Part shown: positions 13,920 through 27,730 of the stretch, piece after piece
How the letters are laid out: the number at the start of each line of letters is the position of its first letter
Position numbering within the stretch: position 1 is the stretch's first letter
From: the human T2T-CHM13v2.0 reference genome, Homo sapiens
Assembly: GCF_009914755.1 (NCBI RefSeq)
Contig: NC_060948.1
Strand: one strand, 5' to 3'
DNA: 64,000 nt
Translations under genes and position numbers: made by a program
Notes under the pieces: generated by a model
Seen by the model: only the letters and a program-made list of their open reading frames with translations
Told to the model about the DNA's origin: nothing
Databases searched by the model: none

Positions 13920-14190
13920 ACAAGTCACTACCTCACACCATACATTAAAATGGTTCCAGTGGGGGTCATTGTAAAGGGTAGACCTACAAAATATTTAGAA
14001 GTCAACCTTGGTGGGAATATTTTTATGACTTTCAAAGTGGGAAAGTTTTTCTTGCATAAGACGCAAAAAACTTGACCACAAAAGAAAACATTTGATATAG
14101 TCAATTAGTTAAAATATAAACTTGTGTCCTTCCAAATAAGTAAATAAATAAAACCTCCTAAGAAGAATTAAAAGAGAAACACAATTAAGC
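13920..14190 (+). mobile_element. old L1M ORF2 fragment
   Basis: CCTCACACCATAC..AAAATATTTAGAAG..ACCACAAAAGAAAA resembles late ORF2. Confidence 0.6.
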
Positions 14191-16997
14191 AGTCATGAAG
14201 CCTGTTTGCAAATGTGCTAAATCTCTTTTGGGAGCACCTGGCATTTCATGTCCCCTGGAAGTGAAATGTACCCATGTGGCTTGTTTTGGACAATGACATT
14301 TGCATATTTCCTGTGTATTTCATGGGAATGTGTTTTCTGTTGTTTGTCATTGTAGATACATATAGCAAAAAGAGGACAGTGGGCCTAGAATCTAAGACAA
14401 GGCTTGTCTTCCAATTTGGGTCCATGCAGGTGCCTTTAATACGCACGCTGTGACTCATCCATCTATTAGTATACAACATGTTAGAAAACAGAAATGGGAG
14501 GAGATTTTGTTTTTCTTAAACTTCAGGAATCCCTCCAATTATCCTTATTTCCTAGCCCTGACTCTGGGTTTCTAAATTCTTAGTCAATACAGAGAGGCTC
14601 TTGCCAGGTGGGCTTGAATTTAGCTTGCAAATAACTGAAAACGTCCAGATAATCCAGCATGGAAACATACTTTTGGCTAAGCAAGGAGAACAGAGAAGTT
14701 GTGCGGCTGTGTGTGCCATATTGGCTTGGGCATGTATCAAAAGCATGATTCACTGGGCGTGTGTACACAGAATATGAGGATAGAGTTGGTAACTAGATGC
14801 CCCTTAATGTGTGTCAGAGAATGATCATTCTAAACAGCCAATGGCTTCAGCATACTAAAGGATCATTGCCAATGACTTTTGATTATATGTGCAAGTACAA
14901 ATATTTTCATTGATCTCAGGATGGGGGTGGGTGGCTATGCTATTGTCTATAGTACCATGCAAAATACAGCCAGCTGATCAGTGAGCTGTTAGCAATTTAC
15001 CATCAACAAGCATTTTGGACAGCCATGTTGAAGATGGAAATAAACTCTATCACCCACAATATACTCCTGGGCACAAGAACTTTCCAATGTGTGCAAAACA
15101 AGAGATGCTCATGGCTATTGAGTCCATGTAGTTATTATAGCTATGGAGATATTTACTTACCTAATACATGTATGCAGAATAGATCATAAAATCTTAAATA
15201 ATAGATCATAAATAGATCTTAATAAATAGATCATAAAGATCAGAACATATCATAAAGCTACACTTATGACAACATGTGCAAGAAAGTGGAGTGACAATGA
15301 AAGAATTATGCACTAGAAGAAAATAAAATAGGGCCTTTGTACAGAGAAAGAATGACCAAGAGCCCAATAGTGAAATAAATCAAATAAATACCCTGGAACT
15401 GAGATCAAAAGAAATATAAATATATAATTCTATACATGCGTATCTATCATTGTAAGGAATTATAGGGTGCATTGAAAGGAGTCTGTATGCCACAGACATG
15501 AATTAGGAGCCATTTTCAACAGTCTAGTCTTGGAGTTACCTTCCAAATCAGCTCAGAATATCGGTTATAGATTTTGCTTTCACACATTTAACCAAAAATA
15601 AAATGGGGTAGAAGTACATTATTAGAACAGATAAAATACATGGCATAGTCCACATAAATTGTTTACTAAAGCTAGATGAGAAAAACAAGTTGATTAAGAT
15701 CAAATGTACTACTTTTGCTTACTATATATTTTCCAGTAATGAAATCTCAATAGTTTAGCATTGGAACATTACACATGATTCATGATAATTTGGAATTTTT
15801 TTCTTCTCATCTACCTTATGTGACTCTATATTTTTCTTATGCTGAGATTCATGCCCAGGAAGTCAGTCTGTTGTTTTGTGTTGCTTTCATCTGCCAAAAA
15901 AAAAGAGATTCACTTTTACCGTATGTTAAAAATCTGCAAAATCCTCACACAGTAGATTTTTAAAAATCTCTCCAATTCAATGTAATTTTTAGGTGAATAT
16001 TTTGTACGTTAACTAGAATGAGGAGGAAAGCAGAAGTATTGTAATTTATGGTTCTTAATTCTGCATTCTGGGTTTTCAATTTTAAAATAAATAGAAATGT
16101 TTAGAGATCTCATACTAATAGGGTACTATAAATACCTTGTTAACACTTTGTTTTAATGTAAGTGTAAGTTGGCTATAAAAGAACTTAAAACTCTTAATCT
16201 GCACAATGCTTGCAAACTAATTGGAGAGTGAAGGCCCACACGCATGAAAATAACTGGTAATTATGCCTAAAAGATAAGAAGTATGTGAAGGTTTAGAGAA
16301 GGAGGAGTTGATACAAGCTGTCCAAATGATAATATGAATAAAAGGAGGTAGATTTTAATAAAAGAAGTAATAGCTGGGGATATCCACTTACACATAAACA
16401 TAATAAACAAAGAAAACATGAAATCATAGACACATTTGAAGGCATTTGGGAATGTAAATGTTGATCAGCTTTTGAGTGGTCAATATGGAAAATTTCAACA
16501 TTCACAACATTGACGAAGACCAGTGCAAACTGAAAGTTCTCCTAAACTTCAGATTGCCCTAATTTCATCAATTATAAAACATTAAAATAGATTATGAGGC
16601 AACCATAAATTCTGCTGTGAAAACTATTATTCTCAAATGAGAATTTCTCTTATCTTAATGTGTAAAATATTTCCTCAAGGAACCTTACAGCATTAAATCC
16701 ACTTTCACAAGTTGGTCTTTAATTAGCTACTCAATGAAGATCCTTTTAAAATAATTATTCAGATTTTAATGTAGATAGTTTTGATTTCAACTCAAAGATT
16801 CATTTTTTTAGGGAAAAATATACATCATTGAGGTACACTATAAATGTATGCTTCACATTTACTATTCTTTTTTTTTTAAAAAAAAGGTCTGTTTTTCTTG
16901 GAGTGTTTATTTTTTTCCAAATGTATCAGAAAAATCTTGGAGGACTTGCTAAGGTTTTTAACAGGATTTTTTTTTTTTTTTTGTGGTAGTTGCTGAT

Positions 16998-17852
16998 TGG
17001 GCCAGAATTAGGGTGTGGTAAATGAGATGTGTTATTACTTATTGACAATTTACCTCTACTGCAAACTTTAGCTCTGTAATCCAGATAAATAGTATTTTAA
17101 TGCAATATTTAAAAAATAATGTAAAACACCCATGAACACAAAATATCAAACTTTCGAATACAGAGGATCAGTAGCCCTTCTGTGCTAACCCAAATTGCAG
17201 CTTAAGGCAAAAATCCCTGAAAAATTCAGTATTGATATTGCTTTCATTTCAAATTTTGGTATTCTGTTATTCATGGATGTTTTGCATTAATTCTGATTTT
17301 TAAGGAATACTGCACTAAAGACATGGAATCAACCTAAATGTCCAATGGTCAACCAGATAAAGAAAATGTAGCACAAATACACCATGGAATACTATGCAGC
17401 CATAAAAAGGAATGAGATCATGCTCTTGCAGGAACATGGATGGAGTAGGAGGCCATTATCCTTAGCAAACTAAGGCAGGAATGGTAAACCAAATTCTGCA
17501 TGTTCTCACTTATAAGTGGGAGCTGAATGATGAGAACACATAGACACATAGAGGGGAACAACACACACTGGCACGTACTGGAGGATGGAGGGTGATGGGA
17601 GGGAGAGAATCAGGAAAAATGACTAATGGGTACTAGGCTTAGAAACTTAGTGACTAAATAATTGGCACAACTAACCCCCATGACACACATTTAGCTATAT
17701 AATAAACTTGCATGTGTACTCTGGACCTAAAATAAAAGGTAAATTAAAAATATTGCATTACACTATTATCTCTGTGACTGAAGATTATTTTTGTGCCCCC
17801 TAAAGTTTTACATCCAAAGCAAGTGCCTCATTTGCTAATCTTTCCAGCCTTG
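16998..17852. mobile_element. MER96B-like palindromic hAT MITE interrupted by an L1 3' end
   Basis: GGGCCAGAATTAGGGTG start. Inverted arms TTTTAATGCAATATTT / AATATTGCATTA and CAAAATATCAAA / TTTTGGTATTCTG. End GCCCCCTAAAGTTTT..AAGTGCCTCA. Confidence 0.7.
17338..17746 (+). mobile_element. L1PA13-16/L1PB-like 3' end, 5'-truncated
   Basis: L1 ORF2 end plus 3'UTR. TSD-like AATACTGCACTA / AATATTGCATTA. Confidence 0.88.
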
Positions 17853-18214
17853 GCTTGGAAAGGGCTGAAATATCCTCATCCCATTCCTCTGGGATGTCAC
17901 TTCGGGACTAAATGTGAACATATACTACTGAATGTCATTTGTGTGCCACACTCAAGTGACTCATTCTTGTGAGGAATTTTTTCCCATTATCTGTAGGTTC
18001 ATAAGTAAATTTGGAATTGCTCTTCTGTGCCATTCAATTTGCCCTTGTATGATTTGTCATGATTAATGGGACCAAAGAAGGCCAAAAGATAATGGTGCCC
18101 TCTTGGCTGTGGAATGAAAGATGACAGAGACCACTCAGGGTCTTAGAGAACACCCAATCACACTCATTCGGTAATTATTCACTGAGTGTTTATCTAATAA
18201 GAAAAATAATTGCT

Positions 18215-18700
18215 GTTGTATTTATTCGTTCCACATGAATACATATTAAGCACTCTTCTGTGCATAGGCATTGTTCTCAGTGATAAACATACCAGGGAAA
18301 ATAATTCTTCCCTTAGCTGTGTTCAGTATGTGTGTGTACATGCATAAACCTGTATACATGTATTTCTATACACACACCTGTGCATTTACCTTATCCATGT
18401 CTCATGGATATAATGGCAAATATTACAAAGGTGATTAAAAAATAGACCTTCTCCTTGCCCTCTGGAAGCCTATATACTAGATGTGAGAGAGTACTTGGAC
18501 AGTTCTCTCAGGCAGGGGGAACTAGAGAGAGAGAATTACTTGTGCAAAGGCCCTGGGGTAACAAACTCCAGGCTGGAAGTGCAGTAGACCTATGGGCTTC
18601 TCTCTTTATGCTAGAAGAAATGAGAAGTTACTGGAGGCCCTTAAATGGGAGAGGGACAGGATCATATTAGAACCTCAAAGTGAGGACAAGACAAGTGTAG
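18215..18700 (-). mobile_element. L2 fragments
   Basis: ATTAAGCACTCTTCTGTGCATAGGCATTGTTCT, CCTTGCCCTCTGGAAGCCTAT and TGCAAAGGCCCTGGGG motifs. Confidence 0.6.
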
Positions 18701-18827
18701 ATTTGCGGAGATGGGTTAGAGATCAGAGGACTTGGCGATTGGTTAGGGCCATAGGCCCTTGGATATTGAGGTATATATGGCACTGTGAACTCAGATGCTC
18801 TGTGATGCCAGATGGTGTCCTTTAGTG

Positions 18828-19356
18828 CAGTGGTCCCCAACCTTTTTGGCACCAAGGACTGGTTTCACAGAAGACAATTTTTCCATGGGCAAGAGGGTGG
18901 TAGGGGGATGGTTTGTGGATGATTCAGGCAGATGACATATATTCACTTTTTTTCTGTTATTATCACATTATATTAAATAATGAAATAATTCTACAACTCA
19001 ACATAATGCAGAATCAGTGGGAGCATTGATCTTTTATTCCCACAGTTAGGTAGTCCCTTCTAGGGGTAATAGATTACAGTGACAGATCATCAGGTATTAG
19101 ATTCTCACAAGAAACATGCAATATAGCTCTCTCCCATGTGCAGTTCACGAAAGGGTTCATGCTCCTATGAGAATCTAATGCCTATGCCACTCTGATAGGA
19201 GGCAGACCTCAGGTGATAAAGAGAATGATAGGGAGTGGCTGCAAATACAGATGCAGCTTCATGTACTTGCCTGCTGCTCACCTCATGCTGTGTGGCCCAG
19301 TTTCTAACAAGCCACAAAGCAACACCAATCCATGGACCAGGGCCTGGCGACCCCTG
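18828..19356 (+). mobile_element. MER1A hAT-Charlie element
   Basis: CAGTGGTCCCCAACCTTTTTGGCACC ... GGCGACCCCTG termini; ~530 bp. Confidence 0.9.
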
Positions 19357-19531
19357 CTTTTACCAAAATCTCCTGCTCGAAGAAACTTGGTTTGTGTTGA
19401 GCTATGGAAGGTAGAGATGACATTATAAATTACTGTGAACTGAACTGGGCTCCTTCTCTTTAGTGTCCCCTCCTAGCTTTATTTAGGTATCATGGACAAA
19501 ACCTATTGCACAGTAAAGTATACAATATGAT

Positions 19532-19553
19532 GATTTACTATATATATATAGTG

Positions 19554-19591
<38 letters not shown>

Positions 19592-19764
19592 AGGTCTGTT
19601 ATATATATGATATGTATATGTGTATATTATGTATATATGTATATATATAAACACTATATATATACACATATACATATATACATAACATATATATAACCTA
19701 TCTGATATATATACATATATATATATATACACCACTATATATATGTATATAGAAAGAGTAAATC
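19532..19764. repeat. (TA)n-rich palindromic repeat
   Basis: TA microsatellite with non-TA landmarks mirrored on both sides (see findings). Confidence 0.85.
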
Positions 19765-20619
19765 CACCACCTTGGAGCTCTTAAGAGTATTACCGTACAC
19801 CCCACTTCAAGTCTGTGGTTATCTTATTATGCTCCTTTTGGGAAATAATCAGCTCTTTTTGTACCTGAAAAGCAGCCCATATGCTCTCCCATTCACATTC
19901 ACAGAGTAGCTGAAACTGGCTCTGTATTGGAGAGATACAAAAATAAATCTGAGTTATAGACTATGTCTGCCAGCAACTCTTAATCTTTCTGGAGCCAGAA
20001 CACACATGCACTCACAACCATATGGGAGTAACCACAATGGAAGATGTTGCATGACACTGGCAATGACAGAACTGATGTACATAAATAAAACCAATACTTT
20101 AGAGTACAGATTTAGAGTTCTGAAATCCACACATTTATACACAGAGAATAGCTCTCTAAAAGCATGAGCAACTTGCTTTTTTTTTTAGAATTGCAATTAA
20201 TAGTAAAAAGATTACATTCTGTCTCTCAAAGATCTTTTCTTTGTCATTACAAGCTTGGTAGATGTTGCAGATGATAGCAATAGTTACTCTGATGTACAGG
20301 TGGAATTTGATTCATTTCACAGGTATCTATAGAATTTGTCCAGTGTTTCTAGTGCTTTGATCCAGGTTTCCTCTTATTCAAGAACTTAAAGAAAATATTT
20401 TTGCAACATTGATTTTTTGAAAACTCTTCAACTCTCTTGGCTTCCAATGCAATGACAGGTATAAATATTGTGGGGGTTTGGGTTGATTTGATGCATTTTC
20501 ATCATTGCTGCTGGCTTGCGACAGATGCCTGATCAGCAGGCCAGAGCTTAACAGGCTGAACCACGTATTGATGTAGGTGTTTTGCTTTAACAATTCATAC
20601 AGGGGGTGAATGCAGGTGG

Positions 20620-20820
20620 ACAGCCCTATCTCAGGTCCTATTTGGCCTCTCACACATGTAGAAAGTTCTTTAATGTCTCTATAAGTTCAGTTTCTTCATC
20701 TGTAAAATTGGTAAAAATAGTAACACCTACACTAGGGAATTGTTCTAGGAATTAAATCATTAACAAATGTAGAATGCCTAGTGCATCAAAAATGTATCCT
20801 AAATGATAGAAGTTGTTGTT
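20620..20820 (+). mobile_element. MIR
   Basis: TCAGTTTCTTCATCTGTAAAATTGG core. Confidence 0.75.
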
Positions 20821-21279
20821 GATCTCTACGCAAAATTGAAATGACAAGAGTAAGAAAACCATTATATTATAATATAAATATAGTCTTCTAACATAATGCC
20901 TAAAACGAAGCATGCCTGTGTTTCTAGTTACAGCTCCAAATTGACTGAACATCAGTTTGAATGTTTCATTCTTGAGATATTTTTGCCATTTTAAAAATAA
21001 TAAGACACATAAATGCCCTGAAGTCACTATTTCAGGAGTCAACTGAATGTACTGTTTGCAAGAGGAGAATTGATCTTGGACTCTTAAAAAGGCAATTCTC
21101 AACTTGGACATGGTATGTTCAGTTTGGGATAGCAGACTTTGTCTAATCATCTATCTCAGAGTTTAGGATACCACACTCGTTTAATTATGGTGGTATCCCA
21201 AACACATAGAACAGCACCTAGCTGAAAGAGGACATCAATAAATGCTATCTCATTTCTTCCCGCTTTGAGAATGATGTAA

Positions 21280-21663
<384 letters not shown>

Positions 21664-22307
21664 TTATTATTATATAACCCCAAGAATCCCTGGTGAATAT
21701 CAGTGACCTAGTCACAATAGGTAATCAATAAAAGTGAGTGAATAATTCACATTGCAGAAGAATGATGTGGTAAGACTGTTTAGGATGTAAATCAATGCAG
21801 GAAAATGACTAATTAGTCTAGAAAACCTTGTTCTCTTGTCTACTAGGGAAGCATATTTTTGTCTTTCATTATTTAATTATTTTTCAGATATTCTTTGGCA
21901 ACCATTTCTGTAACAACCTCCTCATGACAGACACAGCAGCAGACCCAAGCCCAACAGCTGGAAGAACACATGCTGGGCCATGACTGTCTGTGATAAGCAT
22001 GGAAGAGTGTTGTGGGAAACAGAAAAGTGAGAGCTGAGAAACATAGAAACAATGGCTTGAGACAGGTTCAAGAGAATACTCCAGCCAAGGGAAGAACTTG
22101 GAGAACTTTGCCAACAATGCGTAGTTAGAAGTTAAGAATGCTAATCTGTGAACTTTTAGAGGAGAAGCCCATGTTGTGTCCACCCAAAAGATGAGAATGA
22201 GACCTCTTCATTCCACCTTCTATTCCCCCTTGTTCAGAAGTGCCATGTCTGTGCAACTACCCTGCCTCAGATTTTTGGTGGTACCAGATGCTGACTTTGA
22301 TGTGGTA

Positions 22308-22605
22308 ATTTTTTTTTTTTTTTTGAGATGGAGTCTTACTCTGTCGCCCAGGTTGAAGTGCAGTGGTGTGATCTCAGCTCACTGAAACTTCCACCCTCCA
22401 AGTTCAAACAATTGTCAAGCCTCAGCCTCCGGAGTAGCTGAGATTACAGGTGCCTGCCACTGCACCCAGCTAATTGTTTGTATTTTTAGTAGAGATTGGG
22501 TTTCATCATCTTGGCCAGGCTGGTCTTGAACTCCTGACCTGGTGATCCACCTGCCTCAGCCTCCCAAAGTACTGGGATTACAGGTGTGAGCCACCACACC
22601 CAGCC
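22308..22605 (-). mobile_element. AluS
   Basis: Reverse full dimer, CpG-decayed. Confidence 0.92.
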
Positions 22606-22779
22606 TTATGTGCCTATTTTTAAAGTAAACTTACCCTAACTCTGTAACCACATCAATAGACACTTGGCCCTGTTAGCTGGCCAAACCAAACTTATAAACC
22701 CATACCCTATCTGCATTCCAAATGCACTGATATTTTTCTCCAGTTGTTTAATTATACCTTGTTATTTAATTATACCTTG

Positions 22780-25700
22780 TTTTTTATTTTTCTTTTTAAA
22801 TTCAAACATTTTAAATTATACATCATTGTACATACTTATGGCATACTACGTGATGTTTTGATAGATGTATACATTGTATGATAATTAAATCAAAGCACTT
22901 AGCAAATTCATCACCTAAAATGTTTAGCATTTCTTTGCGGTGAGAACACTTAAAATCCTCTCCTCTATCTATTTTGAAATACACAATATATATTTGAAAT
23001 ACACAATATATAGTTGTTAACTATAGTCATCCCACTATGCAATTGAAAAGCAGAACTTACTTTGGTATTTAACATTAACTTTGTACCCATTCGTGAACTT
23101 CTGCCCACTCCAACTCCCCTCTACTCTCTCCATCTGCTAACTACTACTCTACTCTCTACTTCTATGAGATCAGCTTTCTAAGATTCTACATATGAGTGAG
23201 ATGTTGCAGTATTCCTCTTTCTGTATCTGATTTATTTTACTTCAACTTAAGCCACTCCAGGTACATCCATGTTGCTGCAAATGACAGAATCCCATTCCCA
23301 ACTAGTAATCTCTTCTGTATATGTACACCACATTTTACTTATTCATTCATCCACTGACGAACATTTAGGTTGATTTCATAGCTTGGCTATTATGAATAGT
23401 TCTGCAATAAACATGGGAGTGCAGATATCACTTTTCATGCATTGATTCTCAACTTAAACTCCCTTCCAAGATTACTCTTTGCAATGTGAATCATTTGTTT
23501 CTTTTTGGTATGAATATACCCAGTAGCTGGATTGCTGACTCATAGGGTAGTTCTATTTTTAATTTTTTGAGGAACGTCATAGTGTTTTCTACCATGGCTG
23601 TACTAATTTACAATCCCATCAACAACATGTAAAGGTTTCCCTTTTTCACACATTCTTGCCAGCATTTGTTACATTGTGATTTTTGGTAATAGACATTCTA
23701 ACTGGAGTGAGGTGATGAGTCATTGCGGTTTTAATTTGCATTTCCCTGATGATTAATGATTGTGAACATTGTCTTCATTCACGTATTGGCTGCTTGTATG
23801 TCTTCTTTTGAGAACTGTATATTCAGGTCTTTTGCCCATTTCAAAACCTGGATTATTTGTAGGGTTTTTTTTTCTATAGAGTGTTTTAAGATCCCTTATA
23901 TATCCTGAATACTAACAACTTGTTGAGTGTATAGTTTTTGAATATTTTCTCCCATTCTGTGGGTTGTCTTTTCACTCCATTGATTGTGTCCTTTGCCACA
24001 TAGAGGATTTTTTATTTGATGTGATTTAATACTTTTTGCTTTCATTGTCTATGCTTTTTGAGATCTTATCAAAAAATCCCTCCGCTATAGGTTTCCTCTA
24101 GGTTTCAGGCCTTACATCTAAGTTTTTAATCCACTTTGAGATGATATTTACATATGCTAAAACATGGTGGTCTAGTTTCATTTTTCTGCACATAAAAATC
24201 CAATTTTCCCAGGATTGTTTATTGAAGAGACTTGTCTTTTCTCCAATGCATATCCTTGCAACTTCGTGAAAAATCAGTTGCCTGTATATGGGTGGATTTA
24301 TTTCTGGGTTCTCTTTTCTGTTTCACTTAAGTGTCTGCTTTTGTGTCAGTACCATGCTGCTTTGGTTACTGTAGTTCTGTAACATATTTTGAAGTCAAAA
24401 TTGTAATACCTCCAGCTTTGGTCTTTTTGGTTAAGACAGCTTTGGTTTTTCAAGGTGTTTTATGGTTCCATAAACATTTTAGGATTAGCTTTTCTCTTTC
24501 TGTGAAGAATGTCATTGGTATGTTAATAGGCATTGCATTGAAACTGTAGACTGCTTTGGGTAGTATGGACGTTTTTACAATATTAACTCGTCTACTCCTT
24601 GAATGCAACATATCTTTCATTTATGCTCTCTCCCATTTCTTTCATCAATGTTTTACAGCTTTCAGTGTGGAGATATTTCAGCTCATTGGTTAAATTTATT
24701 CATGGGTATTTTAGTTGTTTTTTTGTAGTTATTATGAATGGGATTTTTTAAATTTATTTTTCAGGTAATTTATTTTAGTATATAGAAATACTACTGCTTT
24801 TATGTTCATTTCATATCCTGTAACTTTACTGAATTTGTTTATTAGTTCTAGGTGTTTTGGCTTGGAGTCTTTAGTGTTTTTCTCTATATAAAATCATGCC
24901 ATCTGTGAACAGAGAAAATTTAACTTCTTTCTTTCCAATTTGAATGCCTTTAAAAAATTTCTATTGCCTAACAGTTCTGGCTAGAATTTCTAGTACTATA
25001 TTGAATAGAAATGGTGAAAATGGGCATTCTTGTCTTATTTCAGATTTAAAGAAGAAGATTTTTGCTTTTTCCCATTCAGTATGATGTTAGCTGTAGATTT
25101 GTCATATATATCTTTTATTACATTGAGGTGTGTTCCTTCTGTGTGTAATTTGTTGAGAATTTTTTTATGAATAGATTTTTTTTCAAATGCTTTTTCTTTA
25201 TCTCTTGGAATGATCATTTTTTTTTGTCCTTTATTTTGTTAATGCGATGTATCATGTTTACTGATTTGCATATGTTGAATCATTCTTGAATCCATGTAAT
25301 GAACCCCAATTGATTATGGTGAATGATCTTTATAATCCACTGTTGAATATTTTCCTGGTATTTTGTTGAGGCTTTTTGCAACCATCTTCACTGGGGATAT
25401 CGGCCTGTAGTTTTGTTTGTGTGTATGTGTCCTTGTCTAGTTTTGGTATCTGGGTAACACTAGCCTCATAGAATAAGTGTGGAAGAATTCCCTCCTCTTC
25501 AATTTTTTTTGGAAGAGTTTGAGAAGAATGGGTATTAATTTTTCTCTAAATCTTTGGTAGTATTCTACAGTGAAGCCATTAGGTCCTGGGTTCTTTTTTC
25601 ATGGAGATATTTTATTACTAATTCAATCTTTTATTCGTTATGGTCTGTTCAGATTTTCTACTTCTTCATTATTCAATCCTGGCTGGCTATCTGTGGTAGG

Positions 25701-26262
25701 TGATTTATCTATGTCTTCTAGGTTTTCCAATTTGTTGGCATGCACTTGTTGAAAGAAGTGTCTTATGATTCTTTGTATTTCTGTGATGTTCATTGTGGTG
25801 TCTATTTTCATCTCTGTTTTTATTTATTTTTGTATTCTTTTTTCCTAATTAGTCTCACTAAAATTTTGTCACTTGCTTATCCTTTCAAAAATCAAATGCT
25901 TTATATTTTTTATCTTTTATTTTTTATCTCTGTTTTCTTTATTACTGCTCTTATCTTTATTAGTTCTTTCTACTAATTTTGGGTTTAATTTGTTATTATT
26001 TTTCTAGTTCTTTGAGGTAAACAATAGGTTGTTTACGGGGAATCTTTATTCTATTTGAATGTAGATATTTATTGCTATAAGCTTCCAAATAGTGTTTTTT
26101 TTTTTTTTTTTTTTTTTTTTAGTAACCTGTATGTTTTGGTATGTTGAATTTCCATTTTCATTTGTCTCTAGAAATTGTATAATTTCCCTTCCAATTTCTT
26201 CTGACCTGTTGGTTGTTCTGGAGTATGTCGTTTAATTTCCATGTATATGCACAGTTTCCAAA
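22780..26262 (-). mobile_element. L1MA-like element, 3' 3.5 kb (ORF2 plus 3'UTR)
   Basis: Continuous reverse L1 ORF2 homology (e.g. ORF 25035..25217 KSTANIILNG) ending in an L1MA-type 3'UTR. Confidence 0.9.
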
Positions 26263-27264
26263 GGGAGCAAGAAATAAATAAAGGATCTACAAAGGAACCA
26301 GAAAACCATAAACTGGCAGTCGTAGGTCCTTGTCCATCAATAATTATTTTGATGTAAATGGATTAAATTCTCCAATCAAAATACATAGAATGACTGAATG
26401 GACAAAAAAACAAGATCCAACTATATGTTGCCTAAAAGAGACCCACTTTAGTCTTATGGATGCACATAAAGTGAAAGTAAAAGGATAGAAGAAGATAGTC
26501 CATGCAAAGGGAGAAAGTAAAAGAAAATACGAGTGGCTATATTATTTCATATAAATATGGTTAAAGTCAACAAACTGTCATGGGAGACTAAGAAGGTCAT
26601 TATTTTATGAGAAAGGGCTCAATTCATCAAGAAGAGAAAACAATGACATATAAAACAAAGTGCTTCCATTAGACTTCCTAAATATATAAAGCAAATATTA
26701 ATGGACATAAAGGGAGAAACAGATAGCAATACAATAAGAGTAGAGGACTTTAATACCCCATGTCATCAATGTACAGATCAATCAGACAGAAAATTAAATG
26801 AAATACTCAATTAAACTGCACTTTAGCCAAAACAGACCAAAAAATATATACAGAACTTAATATCCAACGGTAGCAGCGCATACATTTTTCTCTAGTGCAC
26901 ATGTAATGTCCGTCAGGGTAGCTCACATGGCAGGCCAAACAACAAGACTTAGCCAACTTTTAAAAATCAAAATCTGGCCAAGCACAGTGGCTCATGCCTG
27001 TAATCCCAGCCCTCTGGGAGCCCAGGGCAGGTAGATCACCTGAGGTCAGAAGTTCAAGACCAACCTGGCCAAAACAACAAAATCCTGTCTCCACTAAAAA
27101 TACAAAAAATTAGCTAGGTGTGATGGCATGTGCTTGAGATCCCAGATACTTGGGAAGCTGAGGAAGGAGGAGAATCATTTGAACCTGGGAGGCGGGGGTT
27201 GTGGTGAGCCAAGATCGTGCCTCTGCACTCCAGCCTGGGCTACAGAGGGAGACTTTGTCTCAGA

Positions 27265-27303
<39 letters not shown>

Positions 27304-27350
27304 ATTGCCATCTTAAATATGATTTCTGACTACAAGGATCTGAATAACTA
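26263..27350 (+). mobile_element. inverted 5' segment of the same L1 (ORF2 endonuclease region), interrupted by an Alu
   Basis: ATGTAAATGGATTAAATTCTCCAATCAAAA, CCAACTATATGTTGCCTA..AGAGACCCAC and GACTTTAATACCCCA are EN motifs on the + strand. Confidence 0.82.
26976..27304 (+). mobile_element. AluSx-like with (TAAA)n tail
   Basis: Full dimer; about 10 TAAA units at 27265-27304. Confidence 0.92.
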
Positions 27351-27449
27351 ACAATTAAAACTTTTTTTTTTTAAACTGAAGGCTTTCGAAAATCGTGGCT
27401 TTTTTTTTGAAATGCACTTGATCCCGGTCATAACACTTTTACTTTAATT

Positions 27450-27730
27450 CTAACTTCAGGTCTCAGCAAAAATGTGATTTCTGCATGAAAGCATCTTCTG
27501 TTCCCCCTAAATTGAATTATTTGTTTCTGCAATGTGTTAAATATGATTTTGCTCTAGCAGAATGCATCAGCATTTACTATAGCAGTTTGTTAGTTTTCTA
27601 GTTGGCTTCTAGAAATGCTTTAGTTCTGTGAGGCCAGGACTGACTCTACCTGTTTAAATAACCCTGAGCTATACCCACATCCTTCCATCCATCTCTATTC
27701 AATAAATACTTGTGAATTAACAAGTAAATA
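27450..27730 (+). mobile_element. L2 3' end
   Basis: CTGTGAGGCCAGGACTG..TCAATAAATACTTGTGAAT. Confidence 0.6.

Noticed and set aside
16998-17852. Large palindrome as a novel element
   Set aside because: Explained by a MER96B-like hAT MITE split by an L1 insertion.
22747-23012. Short tandem duplications (TTTAATTATACCTTGTT twice; TTTGAAATACACAATATAT twice)
   Set aside because: Ordinary slippage duplications; neither serves as the L1 TSD.
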